64,000 bases of DNA, from the NCBI GenBank assembly GCA_002693775.1, contig NZRP01000015.1, positions 6,601 through 70,600 on the forward strand, in the 5' to 3' direction. The notes below the pieces were generated by a model. That model ran no database searches, was not told the origin of the DNA, and was given only the letters and a program-made list of their open reading frames with translations. The DNA comes from Crocinitomicaceae bacterium (GTDB taxonomy: Bacteria > Bacteroidota > Bacteroidia > Flavobacteriales_D > Sanyastnellaceae). Both the position numbers and the translations under genes were made by a program. Below are positions 55,374-64,000 of this stretch, in pieces (within the stretch, counting starts at the first letter, position 1; the number at the start of each line of letters is the position of its first letter).

Positions 55374-57286
55374 TACTGTAATTTATTCAAAACAAACTCA
55401 AAGTCAGAAGGATGTGTTAAATCTAAAAATTCACCAGCAAAAGGAATAGCCTTCATTATCCCTCCACTCTTAACCCAAAGCCCCACAGCCACAGGCAACT
55501 CCCTCTCATTTCTAACCTCACTCATAGGGCAGTTTTTCACTGCTTCAATCATTTCAGAATATGGCATTCTAAAAGTGTTCATACTCACTCTCACTACTCC
55601 ATCTTCCTGAGTGTATTTCTCAATCTCTTCCTTAGTTGGCTTTTCAATGATATCGAGAATACACCCTGCTTCATCAATGCTTACTACAGCAAAAGCACTC
55701 ACTCTATCATCTGGCAAACCCAGCTTCGAAGCGTCATATGCAAGCATGGCGCACTCCTCCTTGAAGATCTCAGCAAAGCTTGATTCCGGTGGCATATTAT
55801 CGCCGTTACATACGACAATAGAATGGCCGTTAAGGTGAAGGTTTTGCTCAAGGGCTACCTGAACAGCTTCTGCTGTGCCCAGGGGTTTGATGCGGTTTTC
55901 AGGAATGGTTTGGACTACAAAAGAGACCCTAACTCCTTCAACAGGATTCATCTTGAAATATGGCTCAGTGACAGTATCTTTTTCATTAATCACCACAACA
56001 ACATCAGTTGAACCTTCAGACTTGATGCGCCTGATTAAAAGGTCTAAAAACGGCACACCACCCTCTCCTACGCGGAGCATGGCTTTTGGACGTGAGACAA
56101 CTTCCTGAGCCACTTCTGAAGCGACACCTTCCACCTTCTTCATCCTGCTAGATGCGCCTGCAGCAAGGATTACAACTGGGTTATTTACAGAGTTTTCTCC
56201 CCAACAAACTCCGGGCTCAGACCTTACGTGGTGAGCAATAGCACCGTCCACATTTTCAATAGCCTTCATCACCTTGCTTATGGTTGCTGAATCTGATTCG
56301 CCTCCATTTCTTGGAACGAGGGCAATCATACAACCACCCCCGCCTGAGCCAAATATTTTAGCGCCCACCGCTCCAGCTTCCAAGGCTCCTGAGCACATAG
56401 CTTCTATTCTATCAGTGCTGATTTTAAGAACATCCCGTAAGATAGAGTGGTGTTCGTTCATCATTTCGCCTATGACCTCTGCTGAGAAATCGCCACTTAC
56501 TAACATCTCTGCTGCTTCCACCTCCAAGTCTCTGTTACGGATGGTGCCCAAGACTTTTTCTGCGTCTTCAGGTGATAATTTTCCAGTATTTATTGTATCC
56601 CAAACCCCTCCGTTCTCCTCCAAAATATCCAACCTATCAAACTTACATCTTCTTAGAATACCCATAGTATCCTTAGGAGCGTTTGAATCGCCCAAAACAA
56701 AGTCGAAGTCTATCGAACTGAGTTCTTTATAACCTAGAGCTTCTGATGGGTCTACTCGTAATGGGCCGCCTACTGCGCAAGCAATTTGGTCCATATTTCC
56801 TCCTGGTGCATCGAAGTAAGTAACCTCTGCTTCAAAGGCAAGATCAGCTAATTCTTTAGAGGAAGTTAGATGACCTGAAAGTCTTTGCATCCCAGCAATC
56901 CAAGCAACTAAAAGAGCTGAAGAGCTGCTACAACCAGCCTTCACAGGTATGTCACTATCAATTGTAGCATTCCAGCCTTTTAATGGTAGTTCTCCACGCC
57001 TTTCAGCAAGAATAAGAGCTGAGAGTTTATGGTTTTGCTCGCCATTTGGCAGAGTGGGCTCTAGGTTGTGTAAGTCGTCAAGGTCGATTTGGCCACTGTA
57101 CTCTGGGCCTAGCTTGGGACTTGACCAACATACAAGCCTATCATCTCTTTCTTCAATTTCTATCCTGCACCTAAGGTTAATTGCCATCACAATGGATGGC
57201 ATACCTAAATAGTCTTGATGCTCTCCAAAAAGACAGACCCTTCCTGGAGCAGAGACAGTAAATTTTCTATTCGCAATAGGACCCAT
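55373..57286 (-). CDS. Bifunctional GHMP (galactokinase-like) sugar kinase / sugar-1-phosphate nucleotidyltransferase fusion
   Basis: 637 aa. N-terminal half: galactokinase signature APGRVCLFGEHQDYLG, GHMP motif PVKAGCSSSSAL and GSGGGGC. C-terminal half (from about aa 368): VVILAAGASSRM, KPLGTAEAV and CNGDN (NTP_transferase fold). Confidence 0.8.
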   Translation of the reverse strand: MGPIANRKFTVSAPGRVCLFGEHQDYLGMPSIVMAINLRCRIEIEERDDRLVCWSSPKLGPEYSGQIDLDDLHNLEPTLPNGEQNHKLSALILAERRGELPLKGWNATIDSDIPVKAGCSSSSALLVAWIAGMQRLSGHLTSSKELADLAFEAEVTYFDAPGGNMDQIACAVGGPLRVDPSEALGYKELSSIDFDFVLGDSNAPKDTMGILRRCKFDRLDILEENGGVWDTINTGKLSPEDAEKVLGTIRNRDLEVEAAEMLVSGDFSAEVIGEMMNEHHSILRDVLKISTDRIEAMCSGALEAGAVGAKIFGSGGGGCMIALVPRNGGESDSATISKVMKAIENVDGAIAHHVRSEPGVCWGENSVNNPVVILAAGASSRMKKVEGVASEVAQEVVSRPKAMLRVGEGGVPFLDLLIRRIKSEGSTDVVVVINEKDTVTEPYFKMNPVEGVRVSFVVQTIPENRIKPLGTAEAVQVALEQNLHLNGHSIVVCNGDNMPPESSFAEIFKEECAMLAYDASKLGLPDDRVSAFAVVSIDEAGCILDIIEKPTKEEIEKYTQEDGVVRVSMNTFRMPYSEMIEAVKNCPMSEVRNERELPVAVGLWVKSGGIMKAIPFAGEFLDLTHPSDFEFVLNKLQ

Positions 57287-58496
57287 AAATGGCTAGGATA
57301 GAAAGTACGTCTGAAATTGAAACATTGCCTGTGTTATTAAAGTCACCAACACAATCGCCAGTACAACCGTAATTAGCAAGGAATGCCATCATATCACTTA
57401 CATCTACTACACCATTAACGACAATATCCTGAGGACAATCAATTGGGTCATCTGGTTCATTATTAATCTCAGGCACATCTGTCACGTCGTAATAACCGCA
57501 TAGGTTTTCATATGTAGGACAAACCATTCTACTATTAAATCCTGAAATAACAGATAGTGTTGTATCGTAATATTCTGCTGAAAATTGATGCGGAATGTGA
57601 TCAGCACCTTCTAGGGTTTTAAAGCAATTCTCAACTCCATTTTCTTCAGCTACTTCGTGAATAGTTAAACTACCATCAGCTTGGTCAATGTCGATAAGCA
57701 AGAATTGAACTGAACCAGATCCATATGGGACAGTCGTATCATCAGTCCCGTGAGTACTCACCACTGGCACATCTCCTTCTTCAATCCAATTTGCATCGCC
57801 AATAGCACCGGACATACTGAATACAGAAATTACCTCCGATGAATAGCCTGAATTTCCTGATTCTCCTTCTACTCCACCACCTAATCCAGGATCTTCTTGA
57901 TTGATAATATTGGGGATTTCATCCTCATCAATATAGGCTGCATGAAGCGCTATGAATGCTCCTGCAGATGACCCGCCCATCATGATTCTATCAGGATCAA
58001 TACCCCAAGGATTACCACCCTCCTCATGAGACTTTCTCAAAAATCTCACAGCTGCTTTTCCATCGTGAACACCTCTAAGTACAGCTTCCTGCATAGAAGT
58101 TTGAAGGTTCAACCAGTTATCAATACCCAGTCTGTAGCTTATTGAAACTGCCACATATCCCATTCTTGCAAAGTCCTCACAAATTGGCACAATATCAGGA
58201 GACTCATTATTTCCAACCATAAAAAATCCACCGTGAGCACAAACTACGACGGGTCTATTTGTTAACGAATCTCCTTGGGGAAGGTAAATGTCCATTTCAA
58301 GATTTACTTCCGATCCATTTGCTGCAATGTTGCTACCGTAAACAACATCTTCAATCTTGTCAAAATCCTCAAAAACTAAATACCTATACCTAGCACCATC
58401 ACATCCTTCTGCTTCTTGAGAAAGAGTAAGCATTGGAAATAAAACCACAGCTAAAAACAGGGAAATTATTAGTGTGCTGGATAGTTGCTTTATCAT
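57267..58496 (-). CDS. Secreted alpha/beta-hydrolase esterase (HGG / GxSxG type) with a C-terminal dockerin-like module
   Basis: Signal peptide, oxyanion motif CAHGGFF and nucleophile elbow GGSSAGA. ATGA overlap with the upstream PLD gene. 20-nt overlap with the downstream kinase gene. Confidence 0.8.
   Translation of the reverse strand: MIKQLSSTLIISLFLAVVLFPMLTLSQEAEGCDGARYRYLVFEDFDKIEDVVYGSNIAANGSEVNLEMDIYLPQGDSLTNRPVVVCAHGGFFMVGNNESPDIVPICEDFARMGYVAVSISYRLGIDNWLNLQTSMQEAVLRGVHDGKAAVRFLRKSHEEGGNPWGIDPDRIMMGGSSAGAFIALHAAYIDEDEIPNIINQEDPGLGGGVEGESGNSGYSSEVISVFSMSGAIGDANWIEEGDVPVVSTHGTDDTTVPYGSGSVQFLLIDIDQADGSLTIHEVAEENGVENCFKTLEGADHIPHQFSAEYYDTTLSVISGFNSRMVCPTYENLCGYYDVTDVPEINNEPDDPIDCPQDIVVNGVVDVSDMMAFLANYGCTGDCVGDFNNTGNVSISDVLSILAIYGSYCE
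57270..57437 (-). other. Dockerin-like double EF-hand repeat (Cys-flanked)
   Basis: CPQ-DIVVNGVVDVSDMMAFLANYG-CTGDCVG-DFNNTGNVSISDVLSILAIYG-SYCE. There are two copies of D-x-x-x-N/T-G-x-V-x-x-x-D-x-x-x-x-L-x-x-Y-G. Confidence 0.55.
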
Positions 58497-60685
58497 TGCA
58501 CTGATAAGCGAAGAGACTCACTAAGAGATGTAGTTGATAAAAAGTAAATACCTGAATTCAGGTGACTAATCTCAATAGTTGAACGTATGTTATTTAATAG
58601 AATTTGCATCACCTCACGGCCGCTAATGTCTTTTATAGAAATCATCTCACCCAGGAGTTTTTCATCCACTTCCATGAACACTCTAGATGTAGCTGGATTA
58701 GGGTAAATAGACAAAATCAACTTACCCTCCTCATCTTCAACAGAATCCACGCCCATAGACTGTAATAATCCCTTAAATTCTTGGTAGTACAGGTTTGCTA
58801 CGCGGGCATCGTGGATAAATAACGTATTCTCATCGTTAGTATTTTCCGCACTTGAGGACCAATTATGTGAGCCAGTTATTACTGTTGGGTCTGAAAGTGG
58901 TTCAACGTGATCTACTACTGCATACTTGTGATGAAGGGAGCCAGAGATACCTTGGTGAGAATAAACTTCAACACCCGCGTCCAGAAGGGTTGTAAACTCT
59001 GAGCCAGTAACATTTTCTTCTTCGATGGCTCCAGTTGGGGTAACGAAGAAGCTAGTTTCAGCGATGATTGCGTCGGCTAGGTCGTCTCTTGTGAAGGCGA
59101 GAAGTGCAAAGAACATGCTGTAGTCCGTTGTCTCTATGGTCTTTCTGATGGCTGAAGTAGTGCCGTCTGAAGGCGAGAAGTAAAGCTCAACTGGAGAGCC
59201 TCCAATGATGAATTTCTTAGGAGTATTGATAGACTTATCAGGGCCAAACTTTGAATTTGAATCATCAGGAACCATGCCGTCAGAACCCCACATTTCATTG
59301 AATTCTAGGCGGTAACCCCTTGCTATACTTTGGTCTTCAAGAACGATAACGTTGTTCTTATCTGTATTCAAGTTACCAGTCGTCATATTAGTCGATCCAG
59401 TAAGAACGAAGGCTGATTCAGGGTAATCTGCATCGGCGATAACGATCTTGTTGTGCATACCTGAGCCCTCTCCGTCCATTCTGTAGTGAACAGGAATTGA
59501 TGAGTCTAAGTTGCCTACTCCGATGTTAGCGTTGCTTGCCTCAGCTATGTAGCGGATTTCAACTCCGTTAGCAGCAGCAGTATTGATTGCGTCCTCGATT
59601 GCAACGTTGTTGAGGTTGTAGAAAGCTAGATCTAGTGTGTGCTGAGCTGAAGTGATCCAAGCGGCAATAGTATCGTTAGTGTTAGTACCTAATGACATTG
59701 CTAGTTCTTCTGTCGCAACACTGTGATCAACAGATCCAGTGAAGTAAACGTGGATATCGCCTGAAGAAGATGAAACTGTAGCGTAAACTCTTGTTGGAGA
59801 GTAAACCTCTTCTGAGCCTGAGCTAGAGTATACTCTTGCGTAGTATAGTACGCCTGGTTCAAGGCCAGTAAGAGTTACTGTGTGGTCAGTTGAAACCATA
59901 CCGCCGTCAGTAGTGTTACCTAAGTCTGGAGTTGTTCCCCATTCTACAATTGAAGATCCTTCGATATCTGTTGACCATGTTAGATCGAAAGAGTTAGTTG
60001 TAATGTTAGACTGAACTACATCTGAAGTAAGACAAATTCCAGAAGTAGAAACCATATCAGCTGCTCCACGTGGAAGAAGCTGGTATCCGCCAAACCCATC
60101 AAACGAGAATTGAGAGCAAATTCCACGGAGGTCCATCTCACAACCGTTCAATGTTGTACCAACTAGTGAGTTCGATGATCTAACGTAGATGATGCCGGTT
60201 TCTCCACCTGAAGAGAAATTGTAGGTGTTGTTGCCTTCTATGATTTGGCCTCCTGCTTCAAAAGTAGAACCTGGAATCTCAACTATCATGCCCTCAAGGT
60301 TTTCAGCAAGTTGGCTAGGAGTTATAATCTGCGGGTTTGGAAGGCTATTTCCTGAGCTAAGGAGCTCGACAGTTGAAAGGTTGGGTCCAATTTCAAGAAG
60401 ACCGTTGTACTCCGTCACCTCTCCAGTGATAGAAATCTCATCTCCAGGATTGGGCTCAAATGACCAATCACTCCAATCAGATCCAGGGTAAAGAGCAATT
60501 CCTGCTGTTGCGTCCTGAAGGTAGCGAACTGACCCAAGGTCATTTCCACTTGTGATAATACCTGTTGCAGTAACTGTTGAACCAACTGGGTAGTTCAATC
60601 GTAAGTCAAGTATGCTGTTTTGCGCTTGAATTAGTGTGCACGTATTGCATACAAGCGCTACTATAGTGTATTTAAATATTCTCAT
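58493..60685 (-). CDS. Secreted phospholipase D-superfamily enzyme (two HKD motifs) with N-terminal beta-rich modules, an Fn3 domain and a T9SS type-A C-terminal sorting domain
   Basis: 730 aa, signal peptide. HKD-1 is GMHNKIVIAD...GSTNMT and HKD-2 is LHHKYAVVD...GSHNWS. Fn3 segment is FDLTWSTD...LEPGVLYYARVYS. CTD is LSIYPNPATSRVFMEV...GIYFLS. Confidence 0.85.
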   Translation of the reverse strand: MRIFKYTIVALVCNTCTLIQAQNSILDLRLNYPVGSTVTATGIITSGNDLGSVRYLQDATAGIALYPGSDWSDWSFEPNPGDEISITGEVTEYNGLLEIGPNLSTVELLSSGNSLPNPQIITPSQLAENLEGMIVEIPGSTFEAGGQIIEGNNTYNFSSGGETGIIYVRSSNSLVGTTLNGCEMDLRGICSQFSFDGFGGYQLLPRGAADMVSTSGICLTSDVVQSNITTNSFDLTWSTDIEGSSIVEWGTTPDLGNTTDGGMVSTDHTVTLTGLEPGVLYYARVYSSSGSEEVYSPTRVYATVSSSSGDIHVYFTGSVDHSVATEELAMSLGTNTNDTIAAWITSAQHTLDLAFYNLNNVAIEDAINTAAANGVEIRYIAEASNANIGVGNLDSSIPVHYRMDGEGSGMHNKIVIADADYPESAFVLTGSTNMTTGNLNTDKNNVIVLEDQSIARGYRLEFNEMWGSDGMVPDDSNSKFGPDKSINTPKKFIIGGSPVELYFSPSDGTTSAIRKTIETTDYSMFFALLAFTRDDLADAIIAETSFFVTPTGAIEEENVTGSEFTTLLDAGVEVYSHQGISGSLHHKYAVVDHVEPLSDPTVITGSHNWSSSAENTNDENTLFIHDARVANLYYQEFKGLLQSMGVDSVEDEEGKLILSIYPNPATSRVFMEVDEKLLGEMISIKDISGREVMQILLNNIRSTIEISHLNSGIYFLSTTSLSESLRLSVQ

Positions 60686-60689
60686 GTTG

Positions 60690-63548
60690 TTAGAATCTTA
60701 CTCTTACAGAAAAATTGGTTCTTAGGCCATAGCCCATGTAGACGCTTGCGGAAGCTGCATCGAAATTGTTTTCAGTGAATGCGTATGTCCTGTTAGGGTT
60801 ATTACTCGAGTAGTACCACTCTCCGTATGCATCGTTGTTTTGGGCGTTAATCAGGTAGGTTGTGTTGAGTGCATTGAAAACACTGAACCTGAAATCAATC
60901 TGTGATTCTTGCAAGTCCATTGTGTAACCTGCGTGAAGATCTAGAAGCCCGTAAGCTGGCATCTTCCACGACTGACGCCCTTCATTTTCATCGTACAATG
61001 AGAATGGGTCGAAGTCAGCATAGAACCTATCGAAAAAAGTATATCGTGGCTTAAAGTAGAAACCATTTTTACGGTAGCGAATTGAGAAACCAATCTGGGT
61101 TTGGGGTGCATCTCCTACGCTTACTCCTTCAGCATTATAGCTAATTGTAATAGGATCTCCTTGTTCATTTAGATATGGAAGAAGAGTCTCGTCATCGATA
61201 AGCTCAAGCGAATCCTCAGAACTTGTCCAACGCCAATCACCAAATGATGCATACCCGTCGAAAGTCAACTCTCTACTAATCTGGTAAGCAAAATCAAATT
61301 CTATCCCCGTGTGCTGGGCGCTCATTGAATTAATGTTAGCCCTAGCAATTTCTCCTGTTGGTGTTTCTATCCTAAGTAGATTCTGAAGAGGTCTGTTCTG
61401 CCAATTTGTAACGTAGCCGTTTAAGTTGAAAGTAAATGGATTCTTACTCCACTTAGCTCCCCACTCCATTGACATGATTTTCTCATTCTTGATATTCTCA
61501 ACGATTTGGTTATCGTAACCTATTACGTTCGAAAACACTGGAGTCCTATTTAGATATCCTGCATTCACAAATACATCTAACCACTCAGACATATTAACAT
61601 TACCACCACTCTTCACTGTGTATCCAGGAATATTAATAGTCTCAGAGCTCTGAGAATCTGGCTCTCTGAAATAGTCCATTCGTCTGTAAGACTGGGTAAC
61701 AGTGCTTACGTTAAAGAAACAATTGTAAAAAGGTCCCTTGTACTCTGCAAGAGCAAACATACCTGCCCATCTAACAAAGGAATCGTTATGATATCCAATT
61801 GTATCACCCACAAAATGCATGGGTTCACTATCATTAGGATCATTCACATCAACATAGTAATCACCACCAATCAAATCGTGAACAGTTGAGTAATGCTCCC
61901 CTTGATAAGTCCTCAAATCCAAACCTCCTGAAACAGTCAACTTATCATTTGGATGAGAATATCTAAACGTAGAAAGCGCACCAAACCAGTAGTGATTGTT
62001 ATACAGTTTTCTAAGAATTCTAGAACTCTTTAGTAGTGAATCTGAATATGTTGGATCTATAGGTGGGCCAAACAAACCTCCTATTGTATTTGTATTGTAG
62101 AAGCCTTGGAAATCAACTTGCCCGTCAACTGTATAATCTCCAGAACCTAAGGCGTTTTCAAGCCTTGTTCCTCCTCCGTGTCCGTAAGACGTGTAAAGCG
62201 AAGTAGAAACATAAAGGTCTTCAGAAATGCGGTTGCTTAGTCTTACGGTTGCTAGAGGCTTGTGGTATTTGTTTTGGCGCTCGTATAGAACGTCGCCATT
62301 TAAATCACCCCAGTGCACATTATATCTACTTCCAAAATCAACTAGGTGAGTTGTGTCGATGAAGTTGGTCTCTGTCATCATATTCTCAAACTCATCCTTA
62401 CCGTTTTCAGGATCGAAGCCAAACTCTTCATTCAAAGATGCAATAGCTGCTTCTTCCTCGTCAACGCTAAGAGTGTTGTCGTTGTAGATCTCCGTGTACG
62501 CTTGGCTGTATTCTGCCATGTGATCGTACTCATCGGGTGAGCCGTTGAAGAGACTGCGAGCGAATTCTTTATCGTGGGTCGCGATTCTTTGCTGGTAGCC
62601 CCTTGCCGAATTTTGAGAAGGAGAGCCGGTTACAGAAACAGAAAGCAATCTGGTGCCGAGTTCTTTTTGGACTTTTAAGTAGTAGAAAAAGGATTTAGTG
62701 TATGACTGATCAGGGAATCCGCCGCCATTTCTAAAGCTTGACGAAACTGTGTAACCCCAGCCATTGTCAAGGCGTCCACTCGTGTGGCCTATCGTAGTTC
62801 TAGTAGTTCCAAAACTTCCAACTTCCTGCTTTACGCTAGTCTTCTTTTTATTCTCGATTCCCTGAGTAATGATGTTTACCGTACCGCCTATAGCCGGGAG
62901 TGCAAGCTTAGAAGCGCCCAGGCCACGTTGGACCTGCATTGTTTGGGTTACTAGATCTAGACCAAACCAATTATTCCAGTACACCCCACCATTCTCCATA
63001 TCGTTGACAGGAATTCCATCGATAAGAACGCTTACGTTACGTTGCTTAAATCCACGAATGCTGATGCTAGGTCCATTATCGTCCGACCCAGCTTGAGTGG
63101 CATAAACTCCTGGAGTGGAGTTTAAAATCATAGGAATGGGTTGAGAACCTAGCTCCTCTTGGATTTGGAGGGGCTTGATGTTGGAGAAAGCAACTGGGGT
63201 TTCACGCTCAATTGCAATATCGGTGACTACTTCAGCAATTTGCAGAAGAACCGTTTGAAGTTTGAAGTTTACTTCTAGGGTCTGACCTGCTTGGAGTTCT
63301 ACCTCCTTTTTCATGGGCTCGTAACCCACATAAGAAACGCTTAGCTCATAAACGCCTGGTGCTAGTTCAACCTTGTATCTACCGTCAAAATCAGTGAGCA
63401 CTCCTTGTCCGGAGTATAGTACAGCAGCCTGAATTAATGACTCCCCTGTTGTTGCGTCTGTGACAGTACCGCGAATGAGGCCGGTTTGGGCTTCAGAGGA
63501 ATTAATAATTAGGAAAAACGAAAGGCAGAGAAGGGCTAAGTGTCGCAT
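60690..63548 (-). CDS. TonB-dependent outer-membrane receptor with an N-terminal CarboxypepD_reg-like domain (no adjacent SusD-like gene)
   Basis: 952 aa. Signal peptide. GLIRGTVTDATTGESL...VSYVGYE is the carboxypeptidase-regulatory-like domain. The plug contains IRGF...VLIDGIP. The C-terminus ends in an aromatic residue (...SVRVRF). Confidence 0.9.
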   Translation of the reverse strand: MRHLALLCLSFFLIINSSEAQTGLIRGTVTDATTGESLIQAAVLYSGQGVLTDFDGRYKVELAPGVYELSVSYVGYEPMKKEVELQAGQTLEVNFKLQTVLLQIAEVVTDIAIERETPVAFSNIKPLQIQEELGSQPIPMILNSTPGVYATQAGSDDNGPSISIRGFKQRNVSVLIDGIPVNDMENGGVYWNNWFGLDLVTQTMQVQRGLGASKLALPAIGGTVNIITQGIENKKKTSVKQEVGSFGTTRTTIGHTSGRLDNGWGYTVSSSFRNGGGFPDQSYTKSFFYYLKVQKELGTRLLSVSVTGSPSQNSARGYQQRIATHDKEFARSLFNGSPDEYDHMAEYSQAYTEIYNDNTLSVDEEEAAIASLNEEFGFDPENGKDEFENMMTETNFIDTTHLVDFGSRYNVHWGDLNGDVLYERQNKYHKPLATVRLSNRISEDLYVSTSLYTSYGHGGGTRLENALGSGDYTVDGQVDFQGFYNTNTIGGLFGPPIDPTYSDSLLKSSRILRKLYNNHYWFGALSTFRYSHPNDKLTVSGGLDLRTYQGEHYSTVHDLIGGDYYVDVNDPNDSEPMHFVGDTIGYHNDSFVRWAGMFALAEYKGPFYNCFFNVSTVTQSYRRMDYFREPDSQSSETINIPGYTVKSGGNVNMSEWLDVFVNAGYLNRTPVFSNVIGYDNQIVENIKNEKIMSMEWGAKWSKNPFTFNLNGYVTNWQNRPLQNLLRIETPTGEIARANINSMSAQHTGIEFDFAYQISRELTFDGYASFGDWRWTSSEDSLELIDDETLLPYLNEQGDPITISYNAEGVSVGDAPQTQIGFSIRYRKNGFYFKPRYTFFDRFYADFDPFSLYDENEGRQSWKMPAYGLLDLHAGYTMDLQESQIDFRFSVFNALNTTYLINAQNNDAYGEWYYSSNNPNRTYAFTENNFDAASASVYMGYGLRTNFSVRVRF

Positions 63549-63553
63549 GGATA

Positions 63554-64000
63554 TTAGCGAATAACAACTCTGTGAGAGAATGTTGTGCCTGTAGGGTATC
63601 TAAGATTCACGAAGTAAACTCCAGAATTCCAATCAGATGAATTGAATTCGATTTTGCGAGCATTTACAGCAGGCACAATTGACTCAACAAGCTTTCCTTC
63701 TGGGCTGTATATCTCGATTAGAGAAACTTCATGCTCTACTTCGATGTTGATAGCTCCGCTGTTTGATGGATTAGGGTAAATGTTTGCAGTTGTGATTTCT
63801 AACTGTTCGTTCTCATTTACGCTTGTCGATCCGCACTGACATGTGTGTGAGCCTAGGCCGTCCCAAGAGTTTACTACAAGAGTATCGTACTCCATAAACG
63901 TGTCGAATGACACTGGAGGTACAGTCACGCCTTTTACAACTTCGAATTTTCTTCTTAAAGTGTGGTTAGAAGTAAGCCAAGAAGCTCCATCACCAACATC
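63554..64000 (-). CDS. 3' end of a secreted protein with a T9SS type-A (Por_Secre_tail) C-terminal domain; the 5' end lies outside the window
   Basis: My translation shows the frame stays open from 63928 to 64000 (...DVGDGASWLTSNHTLRRKFEVVKG-VTVPP...). The CTD is ANIYPNPSNSGAINIEV...GVYFVNL...HRVVIR. Confidence 0.75.
   Translation of the reverse strand, partial: DVGDGASWLTSNHTLRRKFEVVKGVTVPPVSFDTFMEYDTLVVNSWDGLGSHTCQCGSTSVNENEQLEITTANIYPNPSNSGAINIEVEHEVSLIEIYSPEGKLVESIVPAVNARKIEFNSSDWNSGVYFVNLRYPTGTTFSHRVVIR

Noticed and set aside
1-64000. Scan for rRNA, tRNA, CRISPR arrays, integrases/transposases, restriction-modification or other known defence genes
   Set aside because: All intergenic gaps are at most about 200 bp and none has a tRNA-like cloverleaf or direct-repeat/spacer structure. 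No ORF shows integrase, transposase, methyltransferase/REase or known defence-domain motifs. RadC is the only family sometimes linked to mobile DNA, and here it sits in a housekeeping context.

Overview
This is a gene-dense chromosomal segment, roughly 95% coding, with about 57 CDS. The lineage looks like Bacteroidota, probably Flavobacteriia. Three things support that: T9SS type-A and type-B C-terminal sorting domains, a CarboxypepD_reg-type TonB-dependent receptor, and several exact TAnnTTTG -7 promoter boxes just upstream of first genes. Most genes are housekeeping: accA, sppA, folK, two deoxynucleoside kinases, sucD, mnmE, trhO, fabD, purE, etfBA, 2-oxoacid dehydrogenase E1-beta, hppA, glmM, aroE, murQ and rpsT. 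I found no rRNA, tRNA, CRISPR array, integrase, transposase or recognisable defence system. I found no self-contained novel system. The interest lies in unusual gene fusions and one operon, all read from motifs by eye with no database search. (1) A seven-gene minus-strand operon at 52.3-64.0 kb has no SusD. It runs T9SS cargo, TonB-dependent receptor, secreted two-HKD PLD enzyme, esterase with a dockerin-like tail, GHMP sugar kinase fused to a nucleotidyltransferase, CutC, GH20 hexosaminidase, and it converges on a GH2 beta-mannosidase. (2) A membrane pyrophosphatase carries a 206-aa C-terminal YceI-like domain. (3) A MenE-like ligase is fused in frame to RdgB across an A8 tract, and the frame stays open to the left window edge. 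(4) WecB is fused to an unassigned domain of about 390 aa. (5) A DUF3127 protein ends in the SSB tip DDDLPF. (6) Five genes, comA-like, rhodanese, DUF368, aroE and murQ, are linked by overlapping stop and start codons.
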